From contig CAXXHG010000043.1 of assembly GCA_963666315.2 (NCBI GenBank), positions 320,001 through 384,000 on the forward strand: DNA of 64,000 nucleotides, in the 5' to 3' direction. Positions within the stretch are counted from its first letter, which is position 1. Every line of letters starts with the position of its first letter. Positions 60,946 through 64,000 of this stretch are shown one piece after another. The notes under the pieces were generated by a model. It worked only from the letters and a program-made list of their open reading frames with translations. It had not been told where the DNA came from and ran no database searches. Both the position numbers and the translations under genes were made by a program. The DNA is from Candidatus Binatia bacterium (GTDB taxonomy: Bacteria; Desulfobacterota; Binatia; Bin18).

Positions 60946-61432
60946 ATGACAATGACTGTTGACATCTTCCATCCAGCCCAAGAACATGTCCGACTGCGTC
61001 AGACCGTTCGAGACTTCGTCAAAGAACACGTTGAACCCCAGGCATTAGAGCATGATCAGCACGAACGTTTCAATCTTTCCCTCTTCCGCCAGCTTGGCGA
61101 GCTGGGCCTGCTCGGGATTACCGTGCCAGAAAAATTTGGGGGAGCACGCATGGATGCGGTCGCTGCCGTGATCGCCGCCGAAGAGATCTCGGCTTCTGAT
61201 CCTGGTTTCTGCCTAGCCTATCTGGCGCATGCTATACTATTCGTCAATAACTTCTGTCGCAATGCCAACGACATCCAACCGACCCATGCGCCCGAAACTG
61301 ACCTGTGCTAAATACGTGGTCGAACGTTTATGGCGGGATGCCAAACTTCTTGAAATCGGAGGCGGCACGCTCGAAGCCCATCAAAAGAATATTACGAAGG
61401 ATTTAACCCGCCACATGGAACTCATTCGGTAA
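60946..61432 (+). pseudogene. Acyl-CoA (isovaleryl-CoA-like) dehydrogenase with a large internal deletion
   Basis: N-terminus (LGLLGITVPEKFGG...YLAH) joined near 61280-61310 to the extreme C-terminus (YVVERLWRDAKLLEIGGGT). Confidence 0.85.
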
Positions 61433-61442
61433 GGAAAGTATT

Positions 61443-61622
61443 ATGCGCAACCTATGGGACTGGATTATGATAGGCCTGATGCTGGCAGTCATTTGTTTTT
61501 GTCTGCTCGACGTCTGGAGCTCTCCGGCCCCCCTCCGCTGTGTCGTCGGCATCGGAGGGGCGATTGTCGTTATTTTTCTCAAAATGAACGCACTCAAGCA
61601 GGTACGGGAGGCAAAATCATAA
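61443..61622 (+). CDS. Small membrane protein (59 aa, not in the ORF track)
   Basis: AAGGAAAG RBS; MRNLWDWIMIGLMLAVICFCLLDVWSSPAPLRCVVGIGGAIVVIFLKMNALKQVREAKS, two hydrophobic segments. Confidence 0.55.
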   Translation: MRNLWDWIMIGLMLAVICFCLLDVWSSPAPLRCVVGIGGAIVVIFLKMNALKQVREAKS

Positions 61623-61630
61623 AATCCACT

Positions 61631-62176
61631 ATGCACCGCGCCCACAGGAAAGAAACACACCCAGCTGCGGCGCAACGGCCACGCGGAGCGTCCTCCAGGC
61701 AGGGCTTCACTTTTATTGAACTCATCCTTGTTCTCGTCATCGTGAGCATTGCCTTCTCCATTGTCGCGCCTGCCATTGGCAACCGCCTCAGCAGTGGAGA
61801 CCCCAAACGGACGGCGCTCCAACTGCGCTCGACAATGGAGCTGTTGCGTATTCGAGCACTCATAGAGGGGAAAGAGCAGCTTCTCATCGTTGACCCGCAG
61901 GGTAATCAGTATTGGCTCGAATCTGCCGGCCACACACCGGCACAGGACGAAGGGGAGCAGGACGAGGTACACCGGGTGCCGTCAGGCGGAGGCGAACTGT
62001 CGGCACGGGGTATTTGGGTTCGCGACAACGGCGAGGTCGAGTTCCGTTTTTATCCGGGCGGCATGAATTCCGGCGGAGATATTTTTATAGAGCAACGCCG
62101 CGGGCTTCATCTTATTACGTATACCGTTCACTTGAATCCTCTGCTTGGTACGGCAACGATCCAGTACGGTGAATAG
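61631..62176 (+). CDS. gspH: Type II secretion minor pseudopilin H
   Basis: Prepilin motif RQG-FTFIELILVLVI; FRFYPGG. Confidence 0.8.
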   Translation: MHRAHRKETHPAAAQRPRGASSRQGFTFIELILVLVIVSIAFSIVAPAIGNRLSSGDPKRTALQLRSTMELLRIRALIEGKEQLLIVDPQGNQYWLESAGHTPAQDEGEQDEVHRVPSGGGELSARGIWVRDNGEVEFRFYPGGMNSGGDIFIEQRRGLHLITYTVHLNPLLGTATIQYGE

Positions 62177-62708
62177 CCGGCCTGTGAAAATGTCTTCAGC
62201 AAAGAAAACGTATCTTCTGTCGGTCTTGCCGTTTGCCGATAGTGCCATGTGGCAGCGTACCTCCGAGCGCACTTCCGAGACAGAGGAAAAGGGGTTTAGC
62301 CTGCTAGAGGTCATTATCGCACTGGCGATCTTAGCCATTGGCCTTGTCACACTGCTTGAACTCTTTGCCGGCAGCTTGCGTCTAACCGGAAAAGCTACGC
62401 AGCGCACCCTAGCGGTTATTCATGCCCAGAACGTGATGGACAGCTTCTTTGCCCAAGACTTTCTCGAAGATGGAGAAGACAGCGGAGAGCTACCGGATGG
62501 TTATTTTTGGCAGGCAAATGTGCAAGAAATATTTCCAGATGAGGAAGGGGAGGGCTCTGCAACAGTATCGCCGGACAATCGTCGCACGGACTTTCATCTC
62601 ATGGAGATCGAAGTACGTATTGGCTGGGAAGAGGGTGAGAGGCAACGCAGCTTTGTCCTGCGCTCCATGCGCGCGCTCCTGGACAGTCCAATGAATACCC
62701 TGAGGTAA
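62145..62708 (+). CDS. gspI: Type II secretion minor pseudopilin I (true start probably about 62247)
   Basis: EKG-FSLLEVIIALAILAIGL. Confidence 0.8.
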   Translation: MVRQRSSTVNSRPVKMSSAKKTYLLSVLPFADSAMWQRTSERTSETEEKGFSLLEVIIALAILAIGLVTLLELFAGSLRLTGKATQRTLAVIHAQNVMDSFFAQDFLEDGEDSGELPDGYFWQANVQEIFPDEEGEGSATVSPDNRRTDFHLMEIEVRIGWEEGERQRSFVLRSMRALLDSPMNTLR

Positions 62709-62722
62709 GGCGAGGAATACAC

Positions 62723-63388
62723 ATGTCCCACCCGCGCGGCTTTACGCTGCTCGAACTCATCATCAGCCTCACCCTCATGAGTGCGGTGATCGTAGGTGTG
62801 TATGCCACACTCAGCCTTGGTACAGACGCATCCGAACGTGGTGAAGCACGGAGTATTGAAAACCAGCGGGTCCGGGCGGCGCTCTCGCTGATTGCCCGCC
62901 AACTGAAGTCCGCCTACCCACTGCTCCTCCAGACTGAGGGGGATACCTCTGTTTATTTCTTTGGCGAGTCGGATGAGCTGCATTTCATTGCTTCGTCGAA
63001 TCGGCCAGAGATTGGCGGATTGGAAAAAGTCTCCTATTTCATCAGGGAAGAGGATGGCCGACGCAGTCTCTGGATGCGCGTTTCCGCGCCCATACTGCCA
63101 GCAGACTTAGTGGAGGATCGCGAAGGCGGTTTACTCCAAGAAGCCGAGGTGTTGCCCGATATTGACGAGTTAGTGTGGGAATATTTCGGGGCGCAGCAAA
63201 CCGAGAAGGAATGGCAGAATCACTGGAGCGGCAAAGAGATGCGGAAACTGCCGCAAGCCATCCGGCTGTCGTGGCGGACGCAGGTCGGGACTCTGCCCAG
63301 TGAGTGGCATATTGAGGTACCGATTCATGTCCAATTTCCACATCAGGGCCGCACAGCCCCTCGAAGGCGTCGCGAGCCCAGAATATAG
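62723..63388 (+). CDS. gspJ: Type II secretion minor pseudopilin J
   Basis: PRG-FTLLELIISL; W...W...LPQAIRL C-terminal motif. Confidence 0.85.
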   Translation: MSHPRGFTLLELIISLTLMSAVIVGVYATLSLGTDASERGEARSIENQRVRAALSLIARQLKSAYPLLLQTEGDTSVYFFGESDELHFIASSNRPEIGGLEKVSYFIREEDGRRSLWMRVSAPILPADLVEDREGGLLQEAEVLPDIDELVWEYFGAQQTEKEWQNHWSGKEMRKLPQAIRLSWRTQVGTLPSEWHIEVPIHVQFPHQGRTAPRRRREPRI

Positions 63389-63392
63389 ATCA

Positions 63393-64000
63393 ATGAATAA
63401 CGAACGTGGTGTTATCCTGCTGGTTGTTGTCTGGTCGCTCATGGTGCTGATGGTCATCGCACTTGAACTCGGTCGTACGGCCCGTGTGGAGGGGATTAGT
63501 ACGGATGTGTATCAACAAGAGGCCAAAACCTACTATCTGGCAATGGCGGGACTCAACCGCGCACTCCATCAGCTTGTTCGTACCGGACACCGGGGTCAAG
63601 CGCGGCAGAAGCGAGGCCAAGACAGAGACGGAGGCGGTGGGCAACTTGACCCAAATGAGCAGGGTCCGCAGGAGTGTCCGGATGCCTGGCTTCTTGGCGA
63701 TGGTCAATGGAAAAGCGAATCTTTTGGTGAGGGCGGCTACCAGGTCCGCGTGAGCGACGAAAGCGGGAAGATCAATATTAATCAAGTAGATGAGATTATT
63801 TTACGCCAGACCTTCACCAATATTCTTCTGGACTACGATCCGGACTTTGGGGATGCGCTTGCCGATGCGATCCTCGACTGGCGCGATCCAGACGACTTAG
63901 AACGTCTCAATGGGGTCGAAAGTGACTACTATTTAGCCCAAGACATTCCTTATCCAGCCAAGAACGGACCGTTCGATGTCATTGATGAGCTGCTGCTGAT
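63393..64000 (+). CDS. gspK: Type II secretion minor pseudopilin K (runs off the window)
   Basis: MNNERG-VILLVVVW, DESGKININ, ADAILDWRDPD, YPAKNGPF..IDELL. Confidence 0.9.
   Translation, partial: MNNERGVILLVVVWSLMVLMVIALELGRTARVEGISTDVYQQEAKTYYLAMAGLNRALHQLVRTGHRGQARQKRGQDRDGGGGQLDPNEQGPQECPDAWLLGDGQWKSESFGEGGYQVRVSDESGKININQVDEIILRQTFTNILLDYDPDFGDALADAILDWRDPDDLERLNGVESDYYLAQDIPYPAKNGPFDVIDELLL

Overview
Bacterial chromosomal window of about 55% GC. Gene content and style suggest a Deltaproteobacteria-like lineage such as Ca. Binatia, but this is inference only. Core and metabolic genes: atpE, asd, glcDEF, dapL, amidohydrolase, HpaB-family and LLM oxidoreductases, CoA-transferase, ArsM, S9 peptidase, an amnC-amnB-amnA 2-aminophenol meta-cleavage cluster, carboxyltransferase, a CobW-type GTPase and an NDP-sugar dehydrogenase. 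There is also a signalling block (ECF sigma/anti-sigma, PAS kinases, two sigma54 activators) and the start of a type II secretion pseudopilin cluster (gspH-I-J-K). The window is heavily scarred: IS30, IS982 and IS630 relics, a tRNA-Arg(CCT) 3' half resembling an att site, and many internally deleted or frameshifted genes. Best candidate for an undescribed system: a three-gene operon (11643-15269) in which a sodium:solute symporter carries two tandem C-terminal winged-helix domains, flanked by a small membrane protein and a MetE-like Zn thiol-alkyltransferase. Other leads are a triple-hairpin RNA upstream of the CobW gene, a multibranch RNA candidate at about 31.4 kb, a vitamin-K-carboxylase-like HTTM protein, a sigma54-driven small gene, and an IS30 inserted into a REP-like palindrome. 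No CRISPR array, rRNA or intact tRNA was seen. All family calls are by eye from motifs; no database searches were run.
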